Origin: Capsulimonadaceae bacterium
GTDB lineage: Bacteria > Armatimonadota > Armatimonadia > Armatimonadales > Capsulimonadaceae
Assembly: GCA_965215505.1 (NCBI GenBank)
Contig: OZ244065.1
Coordinates: forward strand, 3,488,001-3,552,000
DNA length: 64,000 bases
Direction: 5' to 3'
Positions 9,799 to 20,503 of this stretch are shown one piece after another. Each line of letters begins with the position of its first letter. The first letter of the stretch is position 1. Under the pieces are notes generated by a model that was given only the letters and a program-made list of their open reading frames with translations, made no database searches and had not been told where the DNA came from. The position numbers and the translations under genes are program-made.

Positions 9799-10617
9799 TC
9801 AACGCGGCGGCAGGTGGCGGCGGCGCAGGGCGCTGACGATGGCCGGGTCGGTGACGACGTAGGCGGGGAAGGTGCCCCAGGGGCGGCTGACGACCCAGGG
9901 GAAGGGGCACACGTCGGAGATGCCGATGAAGACGTCTATGTGGTTGCCGTGGACCCCGTAGCCGTCATCGGCGGCGAAGAAGTACCCGTCGTGGCGGACC
10001 CGCTTGCCGTCCGGCAGGGTCAAGAGGCAGCCCCGCGCGCTCGGGATGTAGAGGACGGTGCCGATGGGGATCTGCGCCTCGTCCACGGCGATGGTCCGGT
10101 AGGGCACCAGGTCGTAGTCGTCCACGCCTTCGCCGTAGGGGGTGTCGGACGGCTCGAAGCGGACGTAGGGGGCCTGCGTCATGGTCGGCCAGTAAGGCTT
10201 GCAGTCGGTCAGCTTGTGCGGACCGATGCCCGCGAAGGTGTAGACCCTGCCGTCCATCCGCACGGCACCCTCGACGGCGGCCCGGCAGAACGACTCGGGC
10301 GGCAGATGCAGGCCGCTCGGCTTCGGCCCGAGCGGCTTTTCGTCCGTGTCCAGGAGGGGGATGCCCGCCGCAGACTGGTAGCTCGGGGTCCAGTACCAGG
10401 TCGCCCACAGCGTCTCCGGGTTTGCCAGGGTGCGCGGCGCGGGCAGGTCGAACCCCTCCTGCGCCTGGAGCCGCTGCCGGTCACGGGCCGCGCGGAAGGC
10501 CCGGAGGCCGAAGGCGGCCCCGACGGTAACCAGGAGGCTCAGGGCCAGCAGGCCCGCCGTCCGCCACTGTGTTCTCTGCCGGGGCGACTGTGGCCGGATT
10601 GATCTTCGTGCGGTCAT
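9799..10617 (-). CDS. 3D-domain (MltA-like) cell-wall protein
   Basis: RTIAVD...IPIGT...AADDGYGVHGNHIDVFIG; N-terminal TM. Confidence 0.85.
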   Translation of the reverse strand: MTARRSIRPQSPRQRTQWRTAGLLALSLLVTVGAAFGLRAFRAARDRQRLQAQEGFDLPAPRTLANPETLWATWYWTPSYQSAAGIPLLDTDEKPLGPKPSGLHLPPESFCRAAVEGAVRMDGRVYTFAGIGPHKLTDCKPYWPTMTQAPYVRFEPSDTPYGEGVDDYDLVPYRTIAVDEAQIPIGTVLYIPSARGCLLTLPDGKRVRHDGYFFAADDGYGVHGNHIDVFIGISDVCPFPWVVSRPWGTFPAYVVTDPAIVSALRRRHLPPR

Positions 10618-10645
10618 CTGGAGAGGATATACCCGTTCCTGGAGG

Positions 10646-10817
10646 ACCCCCACCCCCCGCCCCTGCCCTTCACCCCGCTACGGAGGCCCTGCGACTAGGG
10701 GCCGCAAGCGGGAGAGGGAAGCATGAGGGAAAGAAGCCGAACGATTCCCGTTCCTCCTCTGCCTCCAAATCTGACTCCCCTCTCCCGCTTGCGGGGGAGG
10801 GGCGGGGGGTGGGGGGT
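10646..10817. repeat. Family E inverted-repeat element
   Basis: ACCCCCACCCCCCGCCCC...GCAAGCGGGAGAGGG / CCCTCTCCCGCTTGC...GGGGCGGGGGGTGGGGG; second copy at 42893-43070. Confidence 0.85.
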
Positions 10818-10818
10818 C

Positions 10819-11508
10819 CTACCGCCCCCACGGCACCAGGAACGGCGTCCCGCTCGCCTCGTAGGCCGCGTACTCCTCCCCATACCTTTCGCGCAGGCGG
10901 GTGGCCTCGTGGCGGGAGGCGGGCCAGGTGTAGAGGGTGATGAGGACGTTAAACAGCAGCAGCCGGGCGGTCATCCGGGGCATCAGCCAGAAGATGGGCA
11001 GTATCCAGAAGTTCAGGGCGTGCCGGCTCTGGCGGAACGGCCCGCCCGTCTTCAAGCGGCCCGCGTCGTCCGCCCCCGGCCCCTGCGCTTCGGGCGCGTC
11101 GGGGACATCGGCCTCACCCCGCAGCAGGGCGGCCAGGCTGTGGAAGCCGGCGAACCGGCGGAACTCGATCTGCCGGACGCCGCCCACCATCTGCCCCAGG
11201 GCGAACGCCTGCCCCAGCCGCAGCAGGCCCGCGACCGGGCCGGAGGCGCGGTACAGCTCGCGGTCGGGCAGCCGAGCCGCGTAAGCCCCCAATGCGCCGA
11301 AGGAGAGCAGGGCGAAGGCCTGATAGAACAGGCGGTACAGGCCGTTCCGCCGACGCTCCCCCAGCAGCCGGGCGGCGGCCTCCTTCGCCGGACGGCACGC
11401 CAGCAGGCTGTGCCCTCCCAAAAACAGCGCGGTCGCCGCCGCCAGTCGCCAGAGCGATTTCCCCAAACGTCTTCTCCAAACGTCTTCTCTTGCCAGGCCG
11501 CTTCTCAC
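10819..11508 (-). CDS. Isoprenylcysteine carboxylmethyltransferase/nurim-like membrane protein
   Basis: GHSLLA, YRLFYQ, LKTGGPFRQSRH and E..L..RYGEEYAAY...TP motifs; GTG overlaps the upstream stop. Confidence 0.75.
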   Translation of the reverse strand: MRSGLAREDVWRRRLGKSLWRLAAATALFLGGHSLLACRPAKEAAARLLGERRRNGLYRLFYQAFALLSFGALGAYAARLPDRELYRASGPVAGLLRLGQAFALGQMVGGVRQIEFRRFAGFHSLAALLRGEADVPDAPEAQGPGADDAGRLKTGGPFRQSRHALNFWILPIFWLMPRMTARLLLFNVLITLYTWPASRHEATRLRERYGEEYAAYEASGTPFLVPWGR

Positions 11509-12741
11509 GGCACGGCTTTGATCGCCTTCACCGCCTCTTTTACCCATTCCAGGTTCACATCGCCCTGCTCGATGCTCGGCGGGATGGCGTAGCCTTCCGT
11601 CCAGCCGTTCCAGGTGTCTATGGACAGGCCATCGGTCTGGTAGCGCAGGGCGAGGGCCTCCTGACGCTGCCGCCAGGACGCACTGAAGCCGTAGACGGGC
11701 AGGCCGGGGAAGACGAGGTGGGCGTCATAGCCGGGCAGGACCGGCGCGATCAGCGGGATGCCGGAGTCGGCCCAGTGCCGCAGGACCGACTCGGCGTGCT
11801 GCCGGCGCTCCTCCTCGGTGATCGCGCCCTGGTCGGCCTTGTAGGTGACACCCTGGGCGGTGATGTTGTACGGGTTGATCGCCAGGACGCTGGCCTGATG
11901 CCGCAGCGCCTCGGGGTCCGGCCCGGCCTCGGGGCCGTAGGCGGAGAGGGGCACCGGGTCGAGGAGGAAGCCGACATCATACCCCGTCTCCTGCTTCAGA
12001 CGGGCGGCGGCGGTGCCGAAACCCTGGGCGAAAGTTTCGGGAGCGATTGCGCCGCCGTGGATGGTTTCGAGGAGCCACAGGGCGTGGCGGGGCCGTCCGT
12101 CCCGGTCGGTGACGCGCAGCCAGTTCGGCTCGTCCCCGAAGTTTTTGAGCAGCCACCCGGCCCGCTGGGCCAGCGGGTCAAGGTTTGCGGGGAAGTCGGC
12201 ATAGAACGGGAAGCGCGGGCCGACCTCCAGCATGGGCGCGACCAGCAGCCCGTGCGCCCGCGCCAGGGCGAAGAAGTGGCGGGCCAGCGCGACCTGCTCC
12301 GCCTCGGCGTAGGGTCCGGGTTTGGTGTCGCCCGGCCAGCGCGTCCGGGAGAAGAGCCAGGCGGGCGCGGAGGAGTCCGTCTCGCCGTCGTGCCCCCAGT
12401 AGGAGAGCTTGACCGTGTTCAGCCCCGCCGAGGCCAGGAGCGCCAGTTGCCCGTCCATGTCGCCGTCCCCGGCCGGCGGCTTGACCGCCGCCGCCGGGTG
12501 CCGGGTGTAGAGAGCCGGGGTTGGGCGGCCCCGCGAAGAACAGGGCGCTCAGGAGGCGCTCGCCGTGGTGCAGGGGGTTCGCGATGCGGCCCCAGACGGG
12601 CTTTGCTACGGGCGGCGGAACAGGAGCCGGAGCGGCGACGGCGGGCCGCAGGCCGAGCATCAGGCCGAGCATCAGGAGAGTACAGGCCAGGGCGAGTGCG
12701 AGGCGTCGGGTGCGAGAGGCGCGGGGGGTTCGTTTTGACAT
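11505..12741 (-). CDS. Secreted putative glycoside hydrolase (TIM-barrel-like), frameshifted at ~12517-12520
   Basis: Signal-peptide ORF (12741) joins the catalytic-like ORF (SYWG, PGYD, TWNGWTEGYAI) if one base is removed from a C4 run. Confidence 0.65.
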
Positions 12742-12960
12742 TTTTTCATCGCATGATTTCTGCGGTCTTCCCGCTCCCCCTGCCGACAGTTCGTTTTCGC
12801 AGATTTCGTTGTTGTGATCGCACGGCCTCTTCCGCCGTGTGCGCGGATGGCATTTCAGTTGTCTACCATTATACCCGATGGGAATGGATATTTGGCCGTC
12901 CGCCCGGTGGGAAGCGTCCAGGTGCGAGGCGGTGCGCTTGCCACGGGGCCGGGTGGAGTC

Positions 12961-13896
12961 CTATCTGAACCGCGCCAACGCTTCCCCGGCGGCTTTCTTC
13001 ACAGGGTCGGTCCCGTAAGCCGCCGCCTGCTGAAACGCCGCCTTCACCTGCTGGGCGTCGGCGACCTTCAGGCGGGCCTTGGCGCCGAGGTTCTGCCAGC
13101 CGTAGCCGTAGTAGTAGTTCGTCAGCGGCGAGTCCGGGCATAGCCGCCGGGCCGCGTCGAACTCCCCCATCGCCTTGTCGTACTGTGAGCCGGAGAAGGT
13201 GGCGCACAGGCCCAGCGCGACGTGCGCCGCCGCCTGGAGGTCCGCCGCAGGGGTTCCGGGGGGCAGGGCGAGGCTCATGCCGGGGCGGTCCGACTCGGGC
13301 ACCCGGATCACCGCCTTGCGGTAGATGACGGCGGCCTCCGCCCCCTGGCCGGTCTGACTGAGCAGCAGGGCGTACTTCATCCAGGCGACCTCCGCCCCCC
13401 CGCCGGGGCAGACGCGGATGTCCGGGTTGAACTGCCCATGGAGGGGGATGTCGTTCTGGATGGGGGTGGTGAAGGGCGGCCCGTAGATGCCGCCCCGGTA
13501 GGCGGCGATGGCCTCCGCGCCCCGCCCCTGGCCGGTCAGCGCCTCGGCGAGTTCATAGTAAGTGCTTGGCGACGGGCAGGTGTCAAGGCTCTCCCGGAAG
13601 GCGGCCTCGGCGGCGGTGTAGTCGCCGTCGCGGAGGGCCTTCGCCCCGGCGTGTTCCAGTTCGTTGATCTTCGCGAGGACTGCGGCGGAGTGTGCCTTCT
13701 GCTCAGGCGTGAGGGAGGAGCGGTGTATGTCATGGCTGGCCCGGAAGAAGTAATCTAGAGCCGCCCGCAATGCTTGCGGCGAAGGGGTGCTTGGTGTCGG
13801 ACTTGCCTGAGCAGTACCTGTTTGGGCTGTGTTCGTTTGAGCCACACACGGCGAGGCTGTGATGGTCAGTGCGAGAAGAAGAATGGCTGGTTTCAT
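12961..13896 (-). CDS. Secreted TPR protein
   Basis: Signal peptide; helical repeats; paralog of the next gene (YALLL..GQ, NYYYG.GW..L). Confidence 0.85.
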   Translation of the reverse strand: MKPAILLLALTITASPCVAQTNTAQTGTAQASPTPSTPSPQALRAALDYFFRASHDIHRSSLTPEQKAHSAAVLAKINELEHAGAKALRDGDYTAAEAAFRESLDTCPSPSTYYELAEALTGQGRGAEAIAAYRGGIYGPPFTTPIQNDIPLHGQFNPDIRVCPGGGAEVAWMKYALLLSQTGQGAEAAVIYRKAVIRVPESDRPGMSLALPPGTPAADLQAAAHVALGLCATFSGSQYDKAMGEFDAARRLCPDSPLTNYYYGYGWQNLGAKARLKVADAQQVKAAFQQAAAYGTDPVKKAAGEALARFR

Positions 13897-13932
13897 CGGC
13901 TTGGGTTCCTAAACGAAGTCGCTCCCGGCCCG

Positions 13933-14718
13933 TCACGCCGGCTTGTTGAGGCGGTTCAGCGTCTTCCGGGCGGCCTCCTTGACATCCGCCCGGCCCATCA
14001 GGATCGCCTTCTTCAGCGACGCTTTGGCCTGCTGCCCGCTGCCGAACTCCAGGCGCTCCTTCGGGTTCAGCTTCTCCCAGCCGAAGCCGTAGTAGTAGTT
14101 CGCCAGGTCCGCGTCCGGCGCGAGCCGCAGCGCCTTGCTGAACTCGGCCATCATCTCCTTGTATTGGCCCTCCCCCGCCCAATCGTCCCCCGCGTCGTAC
14201 ATCACGCCCTGGGCGATGTGGAGGGCCACCGCCAGCGCGACCGGCTCCGGTGTGTCGGGCGCGAAGTGGCTGTTCGCCCGCAGGAGGTCCTTCTCGGGGA
14301 ATTGAGCTATCGCCTGGTTGTAGACGGTGGCGGCCTGTCCCCATTGGCCCGACTTGAGCAGCAGCAGGGCATAGGGGAAAAGAACGCGCGGGTATTGAGC
14401 CTGCTCATCCACCACCATCACGCGGTAGGCATGGAGAGCTTCCTGGTTTTTCCCCTGCGCGTCCAGCGCCGCCGCCAGCACTTCTTCGCCCACATCGCTG
14501 TCGTGACCTCGGGACAGCGCCTCCCGTGCCTCCGTCTCTGCCTGGGCGTAACGGCCCGCGTGCAGCGAGGCGGCGGCATCGTGAACCACTTGTGCGGTCT
14601 TCTCCAGGAACGCCTGCCGTTCGGGCGTGATCTGTACGGGGTTGGCAGGCTGGGCCAGGGCGGCGGGAGCGGCGCTCAGGCAGAAGGCCAGAGCCGCATA
14701 GAGTGTTTGTATTTTCAT
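13933..14718 (-). CDS. Secreted TPR protein (tandem paralog)
   Basis: Signal peptide; TPR-like repeats with motifs shared with the neighbouring gene. Confidence 0.85.
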   Translation of the reverse strand: MKIQTLYAALAFCLSAAPAALAQPANPVQITPERQAFLEKTAQVVHDAAASLHAGRYAQAETEAREALSRGHDSDVGEEVLAAALDAQGKNQEALHAYRVMVVDEQAQYPRVLFPYALLLLKSGQWGQAATVYNQAIAQFPEKDLLRANSHFAPDTPEPVALAVALHIAQGVMYDAGDDWAGEGQYKEMMAEFSKALRLAPDADLANYYYGFGWEKLNPKERLEFGSGQQAKASLKKAILMGRADVKEAARKTLNRLNKPA

Positions 14719-14889
14719 GGTGTGTCTCTGATCTCTCCCATGGGCGGCGAAGAAGGCGGCGGGGGACGACGATGTCCAGTACCACGACTATAGCACAGAC
14801 ACCGAAAAAGCGCAAGGAGGGCGGCGACAGGACGGCCCCCCCGCCCCCAATTCTGGGGGTGCATGAGAAGGAGGGAGAGCCGGGGGAGA

Positions 14890-14992
14890 GGGGGGCGCGG
14901 ATCTAGGAAAGAGGGCGCGGATCTAGGAAAGAGGGCGCGGCAAGACAAGAGGGCGCGGCAAGACAAGAGGGCGCGGCAAGCGGCGCCCCTAC
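14890..14992. repeat. Stuttered tandem repeats ending in a GTAG-type REP
   Basis: GGGCGCGGATCTAGGAAAGA x2 and GGGCGCGGCAAGACAAGA x2, then GGGCGCGGCAAGCGGCGCCCCTAC. Confidence 0.8.
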
Positions 14993-15032
14993 GAGGCTTG
15001 GACAATGCATCCGGAGCCGCAGCGGGGGAGGG

Positions 15033-17036
15033 TCAGAAGCCTTTGTTCACGTCCATGCGGAAGGTGCCGGTCAGGGTGCTGGGCGTGTCCTTGGTTTTGC
15101 GGGACCAGTTCGTCACCTCGCCGTTGAAGGCGATCGAGTCGGCGTCGTCCATTTTGCAGGTGAAGGTCATCTTGAAGGTCTGGCCGGGGACCGTCGTGCC
15201 GTCCACGCGCAGCTCGGGGCGGCCGAGCATCAGGGCGATGCTCTCGTGGGGCGTGATGTCGCCTTTGAAGCCGGCCAGCCAGCGTTCCAGGCCGGAACGG
15301 TCCGCGCGGTCGTCCGTGTGTTCGTACTGGAGGTTCCAGGCGAGGGTGCGGGTCAGAGCGCCGTCGGCCTCGTAGTGCGACAGGACGGAGTCATGGACCG
15401 AGCCGTCGGGCTGCTCCGACTGGTTGAGGTAGTGGTAGCCCAGGGTGACGTGATGCAGGTGCATCCCGACCGTGTAGTCGCGGACGTCGGCGAGGCGGCC
15501 TCCTAATGTCTGCGTGCGGGACTTGTAATAAAGGCTGTAGTGCAGCCAGTCGCCCGGCGCGATGCTGGCGACGCGGACGGCGCGGCTGACGAGGGTGGAG
15601 CGGGCCTTGTCCCAGCCCGATTCCGCCCCGGCGTACTGCAAAGTGACGTGGGCGTCCGGCAGGTCCGACTCGAAACACAGGGCGCGCGTGTCGCTCTGCA
15701 TCTTCCCCTGGGACACGGCCTGGGCGAGACTGATGACCGCCTTGGAATTCCGCAGGCCGCGCAGGCGCAGGGCGTCCAGGGTGGCCGTCATGTCCCGCTT
15801 CTCACCCCGATCCGCTCCCCCGCTTGATGCCCCGGCGGCGGCGCTCTGGGCGTTGACGCCGTCCCAGTGCCCTGCCAGCGTCAGGCCCTTCGACGCGCGC
15901 CAGTCCATCTCCAGATGCTCGGTCGTCCGGGCCGTCCGGCTGCCGTCCTTGGCGGTCGCGCCGGCCTGGAGGAACGAGGCTTTCAGCCCCAGACCCTTCA
16001 CCTGCCGGTCGATGTCCACGCCCATCGCCTGGTCGGTCGCCTTCGCGCCCGCTTTATCGCCGCCGTCCAGGAGGCTGTTCGAGCCGAAGTGTGCGGCGAC
16101 GTGCGTCCCTTTGATCTGGTCGGCGAAGGCGTAGGCGAGGTGCTGCTCGGCCCGGCCCTTCGTGTCCCCGATCAGGCTGGCTTCGGCGGAAAGTGTCAGC
16201 CCCTTGCCGCCGTCCATCCCGAGCTTCAGGTGGTCCGTGGTGGTCGTCAGGGCCTGTGCGTCGCCCTGGGTCGGTCTGGCGTTCAGGGCGTCCCGGCTGG
16301 CCTCGAACTGGAATCCGTGGCCGAAGGTGCGGCCCAGGGACAAGGTCTGCTGGGTGGTTTTGAGGTGGGTGACGGCGTTGTCGTTCTCCTTGAAGGCCGC
16401 GCCGAGGGTGCCGTGGGCGTCCGCGCGGGTCAGCCCGAAGCCGAGATCGTTCTGCCCGCGCAGGGCGGCGAGCTGCCCCGCCACGGCGGCCGTCAGGTCT
16501 GAGGCCAGGCCCAGGGAGGGGGCCGCGCCTTTGAGCGCGTCGGCCGCGCCGAAGTCTTTGCCGACGGACTGGTAGTGGGCGTCCAGCTTCCAGCCCTTGT
16601 TTTCAAACGCCAAAGCCTGCGAGACGACCGAGGAGGCTTTGGCTTTGCCGTCGCCGCCCGGCCCGTTCGCGAGGTACATCAGGCCGTTCAGGTGGAGGGC
16701 GTCGTGGCCGAAGGCGAGGGCGTTGGAAAAGCCGTAGGTGGCGGCGCGGGGCGCGGCGGCCGTCTTCGTGTCGGCGGCGGGCGAGGCGGCGGCGAGGTTG
16801 TAGAGGAAAGAGACGCCGCTGCCGTGGCCGAACTGGACGTTCACCGGGAGCAGAAGGGGGGCGGTCGGGGCAGAGGCCGTGGTAAAGCTATGGGCCAGGG
16901 GGACGGCGGGGCCGTCCGCGTGGGCGGGGGCGGCGGCCAGGCAGAGCCAGCCGAGGGCGACCCCGAGCCGTCGGGGTGTTTTCGTGGTGCTGCTGGTTTT
17001 TCCCCTGCTTGAAAGAGCCATAGGTTTCCGGGCCAT
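15033..17036 (-). CDS. Large secreted beta-strand-rich protein, possibly outer-membrane
   Basis: Signal peptide AHA-D; amphipathic beta pattern; terminal Phe. Confidence 0.7.
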   Translation of the reverse strand: MARKPMALSSRGKTSSTTKTPRRLGVALGWLCLAAAPAHADGPAVPLAHSFTTASAPTAPLLLPVNVQFGHGSGVSFLYNLAAASPAADTKTAAAPRAATYGFSNALAFGHDALHLNGLMYLANGPGGDGKAKASSVVSQALAFENKGWKLDAHYQSVGKDFGAADALKGAAPSLGLASDLTAAVAGQLAALRGQNDLGFGLTRADAHGTLGAAFKENDNAVTHLKTTQQTLSLGRTFGHGFQFEASRDALNARPTQGDAQALTTTTDHLKLGMDGGKGLTLSAEASLIGDTKGRAEQHLAYAFADQIKGTHVAAHFGSNSLLDGGDKAGAKATDQAMGVDIDRQVKGLGLKASFLQAGATAKDGSRTARTTEHLEMDWRASKGLTLAGHWDGVNAQSAAAGASSGGADRGEKRDMTATLDALRLRGLRNSKAVISLAQAVSQGKMQSDTRALCFESDLPDAHVTLQYAGAESGWDKARSTLVSRAVRVASIAPGDWLHYSLYYKSRTQTLGGRLADVRDYTVGMHLHHVTLGYHYLNQSEQPDGSVHDSVLSHYEADGALTRTLAWNLQYEHTDDRADRSGLERWLAGFKGDITPHESIALMLGRPELRVDGTTVPGQTFKMTFTCKMDDADSIAFNGEVTNWSRKTKDTPSTLTGTFRMDVNKGF

Positions 17037-17173
17037 TCCCCATTCTCGGCGGCGAAGCACTCTTACTGTACCCGATTCATACGAAATCGGTCCTACGAAA
17101 TCGGGTGCGTTGGCTATGGAGACAAGAAGGGCGTGGGAAAGTTTCAGGAGTTTTGGGGTGTCCCGTCATGTGC

Positions 17174-17236
17174 CCACGACGGGACCGGACCACGACGGGA
17201 CCGGACCACGACGGGACCGGACCACGACGGGACCGG
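17174..17236. repeat. 16-bp tandem repeat, about 4 copies
   Basis: CCACGACGGGACCGGA repeated without spacers. Confidence 0.85.
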
Positions 17237-17260
17237 CGCGTTGATTAGGCCCGCAAGAAC

Positions 17261-17470
17261 CCGGCCCTGAAGGGCCGGTCTAAGGTTTCATTGGGGTATT
17301 CCCGGCTCCGCCGGTGGGCCGCCCCTTCGGGGCTGAGGACAGGAGGGCAGAAAAGAGGTCACGGCGGGGGAAAGAGGTCGCGGCAAGCGGCGCCCTACGA
17401 GGCCTGAACGATGCCGTCCGAAGCCCCGAAGGGGCGGCCCATCCGTGTAGACCGGCGGTTCAACGCCGGG
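17261..17470. repeat. Family B doublet with a nested GTAG-type REP
   Basis: CCGGCCCTGAAGGGCCGGTCTAAGGTTTCATTGGGGTATTCCCGG arm; opposite arm at 17418-17470. Confidence 0.85.
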
Positions 17471-18151
17471 TCATCGGGACTTTTCTGCCTTCTTCCGCCT
17501 GCCGGCGATCACGCCCCCCAGGCCCAAGGCCAGGAGCAGGGAGAAAGAGACCGTCGTGGACGCCTCGGGGACGGGGGCACCCACCTGAACGCTGAACGCG
17601 CCCTGAGTGGCGGTCTGGTTGGTGTAGGGCTGGCTGTTGAAACTGTTGAGGTGCGGACCCGTCTCGCCGATGGAGTTAAAGCTCCATGCGCCCGCCTCGT
17701 TACCCGTCTCCACCTCGTACAGAAAGTAGGAGGCCCCGGCCGTCAGCAGCGGATGGCTTGTCGAGGTGATGAGGAGACTGGAGGAGGACACCCCGAATAT
17801 CGGGAGGTTTGTGATCGTAAAGCTTTCCAGAATCGCGCCCGGCACCCCGCCGGAAGCATTCGCCAGGAACAGATGGGCGTCGTTGGTCCCGCTGTAATGC
17901 TGGAGCGCGATGTTGATGGTGCTGAGATTGCCGCTGGCGGAGGCGGTGAAGCCCTCGCCCTGGCTGTCGGTGCCGTTAGAGGCGGCGAGAGGGTTTGTCG
18001 GGCCATACGATAAATAGGCGGAGGTGCCGAACGTGTTACCCGGCCCGAAGTTGCTGAACACCGTGGTCTGGGCGAGGGCGGCTGGGGCGGACAGGGCGAG
18101 GGCCAGGCCTGCCAGTGCCAGCCCGAGGCCGGCCTTGTGGAGAGTGGACAT
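17471..18151 (-). CDS. PEP-CTERM-type (VPEAST) surface protein
   Basis: Signal peptide ALA-Q; C-terminal VPEAST + TM + RRKK. Confidence 0.9.
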   Translation of the reverse strand: MSTLHKAGLGLALAGLALALSAPAALAQTTVFSNFGPGNTFGTSAYLSYGPTNPLAASNGTDSQGEGFTASASGNLSTINIALQHYSGTNDAHLFLANASGGVPGAILESFTITNLPIFGVSSSSLLITSTSHPLLTAGASYFLYEVETGNEAGAWSFNSIGETGPHLNSFNSQPYTNQTATQGAFSVQVGAPVPEASTTVSFSLLLALGLGGVIAGRRKKAEKSR

Positions 18152-18241
18152 GTTGACATTTCCTTTCGGACGAAGAGGAACCGAGTCAAGGCGGGATCGC
18201 CTGCGGCGGGGGGAGTGCGGGACGCCACACAATACTCCCAT

Positions 18242-18256
18242 GCACAAACCATGCCA
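18242..18256 (-). promoter_or_regulatory. Sigma54 (-24/-12) promoter
   Basis: TGGCATGGTTTGTGC = GG-N10-GC, upstream of the PEP-CTERM gene. Confidence 0.75.
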
Positions 18257-18453
18257 AACAGGCATTTTGGCGGGGCGGCGTGAATAGGACCTTCCGCGTG
18301 TAATGGGGGGGGCGCGGAAAAACAGAAAACTTTTTTGGGAACATAACTGACATTTTTATCGTCTGTTGTGGGGAGACGGGAACTTTACTGTCCGAATAAA
18401 CGCTATTTTTTGCGTTCTTGCGCCATTTTAGGGACAAATCAATGTGCAACTTG

Positions 18454-19299
18454 ATGGACACGCGCGACACACCGGTCATGGATGCTCCCGCCCCGACTCC
18501 CCCGTCCCCTGTCCCGCGCCAGGCCAAACGGCCGGGCGCGATGACGAGTGAGACCGACATCCACGTCCTGCTCCGCCACCACGCCGAGACGCGGTGCGGG
18601 CGCAGCCGGGAGGCGATCATCGCCCACTACCAGGGGCTGGTGCGGTCGCTGGCCGTGCGCTTCCTGTCCCGCTCCGAGTCGCTGGACGATCTGGTTCAGG
18701 TCGGCTCCATCGGCCTGATCCGGGCGGTGGACCGCTACGACCCCGCGCGCGGCCTGCCGTTCCCGGCCTACGCCGCGCCGTCGATCCTGGGGGAGATCAA
18801 GCACCACTTCCGGGACCGGACTTGGTCGGTGAAGGTGCCGCGCTCGCTCCAGGAGCGCCTGCTGGCCGCCCGGAAGGCGGACGCCGCGCTGACCGCGCGC
18901 CTGGGCCGGAGGCCGACGGTGGCGGAGGTCGCGGGGGAGCTGAACCTGGCCGAGGAGGACGTCCTGGAGGCGATGGAGACGGGCCGCAAGACGCGCGCCG
19001 ACTCGCTGGACCGGCCCCTGGAGGGGGAGGGGGGCGAGGACGGGCTGACCCTGATGGACCAGGTGGGGTCGTGGGACTCGGACATGCACGCCTGGGAGGC
19101 GTACACGGACCTGGTCCGGGCGGTGTCGTGCCTGAACCCGCGCGAGCAGGAGATCCTGCGCCTGCGCTTCTGGGAGGACCAGTCGCAGACGCAGGTGGCG
19201 GAGCAGCTGGGCCTGTCGCAGATGCACGTCTCGCGCCTCCAGGCCCGCGCCCTGTGCCGGCTGAAGGGGATACTGGCCGACGAGGCGGGGCGGTGGTGA
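18454..19299 (+). CDS. SigB/SigF/SigG-family RNA polymerase sigma factor
   Basis: DDLVQVGSIGLIRAVDRYDP, GEIKHHFRD..W..KVPR, SQMHVSRL; start uncertain. Confidence 0.93.
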   Translation: MDTRDTPVMDAPAPTPPSPVPRQAKRPGAMTSETDIHVLLRHHAETRCGRSREAIIAHYQGLVRSLAVRFLSRSESLDDLVQVGSIGLIRAVDRYDPARGLPFPAYAAPSILGEIKHHFRDRTWSVKVPRSLQERLLAARKADAALTARLGRRPTVAEVAGELNLAEEDVLEAMETGRKTRADSLDRPLEGEGGEDGLTLMDQVGSWDSDMHAWEAYTDLVRAVSCLNPREQEILRLRFWEDQSQTQVAEQLGLSQMHVSRLQARALCRLKGILADEAGRW

Positions 19300-19398
19300 A
19301 CCGTCTCCTACGGGTTGACGGTGAAGGGGCGTGATGAATCACGCCCTTCTTTCTGCCCCCCTTCCGGCATGGGAGAACAGGGCGCAGAGGGGAGAACA

Positions 19399-19455
19399 GG
19401 GCGCGATGAATCGCGCCCCTACGCAAGAAGGGCGCACACGCAGGTGCGCCCCTAC
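19399..19455. repeat. Two tandem GTAG-type REPs
   Basis: GGGCGCGATGAATCGCGCCCCTAC and GGGCGCACACGCAGGTGCGCCCCTAC. Confidence 0.75.
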
Positions 19456-20492
19456 CGCGTCAAAGTCACCTTAGACAGCCCGCGCGGGCTGTCGGGGTCC
19501 AGGCCCTTCTTCAGAGACAGGTAGTAGGTGAAGAGCTGGCCGGCGATGATGTAGACCAGCGGGCTGACCCACTCGGCGACGGCGGGGATGCGGACGGCGG
19601 TCTCGCTGCCGGCGAGGAAGGCGGCGTCGTGGGCGAAGCAGATCAGGGCCGGATGCTGGGCGCGCAGGGTCTCGGCCAGCTTCGCCATCGGGGCGAAGGC
19701 TTTGCCGTCGGGGGCGAACAGGAGGCAGGGGAAGCCGGAGACGACCTGGGTGATCGGGCCGTGCTGGAAGTCGGCGGCGGAGTAGGCCTGGGCGGACAGG
19801 GCGCAGGTCTCGGTCAGCTTCAGGGCAAGCTCGGCGGCCGTCGCGTGGTTGTAGCCCCGGCCCAGGATGATGCACTGGTCCATGTCGGCATACTTGTCCA
19901 CGAGGTGCCGGATGGCGTCGTCGGACCCCAGGGCCTGCTCCATCGAGTCGGCGGCCCGGCGCAGGTGTTCCAGCCGCTCCGGGTGGGACTCGTCCAGGGC
20001 CGTCGAGAGCAGGGCCAGCAGGGCGAGCGACCCGGTGTAGGTCTTGGTGGCGGCGACGCTTAACTCTTCGCCGGTGCCGATGGAGAGCGGGAACTCGGCG
20101 GCCTGGGCCAGAACCGAGCTGGGGTCGTTGGTGATGGAGGCGGTCAGCGCGCCGGACTCGCGCGCCCTTTTGACCACCTCCAGGACGTCCGGCGCGGCCC
20201 CCGACTGCGAGATTCCCAGCACCAGCGCGTTCTCGCCCAGACGCGGCAAAGCCCCGTAGAGCGTGAAGACGGAGGGCGCGGCCAGGGCGACCGGGATGCC
20301 GTGCTGGATCTCCAGGACGTACTTGCCGTAGAGGGCGGCGTTGTCCGAGGTCCCGCGCGCGGCGACATAGGCGAAGGCGATCTGGCGGCGCTTGATCTCG
20401 GCGGCCAGGGCCTCGACGTGGTGGAACTGTTCGCCGATGATGTTCCGGACGACTTCGGGCTGCTGCCGGATCTCGTCGAGCATGTGCGACAT
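19452..20492 (-). CDS. SIS-domain sugar isomerase/deaminase (GlmS C-terminal-like)
   Basis: EIRQQP, ARGTS, ISQSG, AATKTY, ELALKLTE, HGP, PRGLSKVT. Confidence 0.92.
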   Translation of the reverse strand: MSHMLDEIRQQPEVVRNIIGEQFHHVEALAAEIKRRQIAFAYVAARGTSDNAALYGKYVLEIQHGIPVALAAPSVFTLYGALPRLGENALVLGISQSGAAPDVLEVVKRARESGALTASITNDPSSVLAQAAEFPLSIGTGEELSVAATKTYTGSLALLALLSTALDESHPERLEHLRRAADSMEQALGSDDAIRHLVDKYADMDQCIILGRGYNHATAAELALKLTETCALSAQAYSAADFQHGPITQVVSGFPCLLFAPDGKAFAPMAKLAETLRAQHPALICFAHDAAFLAGSETAVRIPAVAEWVSPLVYIIAGQLFTYYLSLKKGLDPDSPRGLSKVTLTR

Positions 20493-20503
20493 GGCATTAC
20501 CTC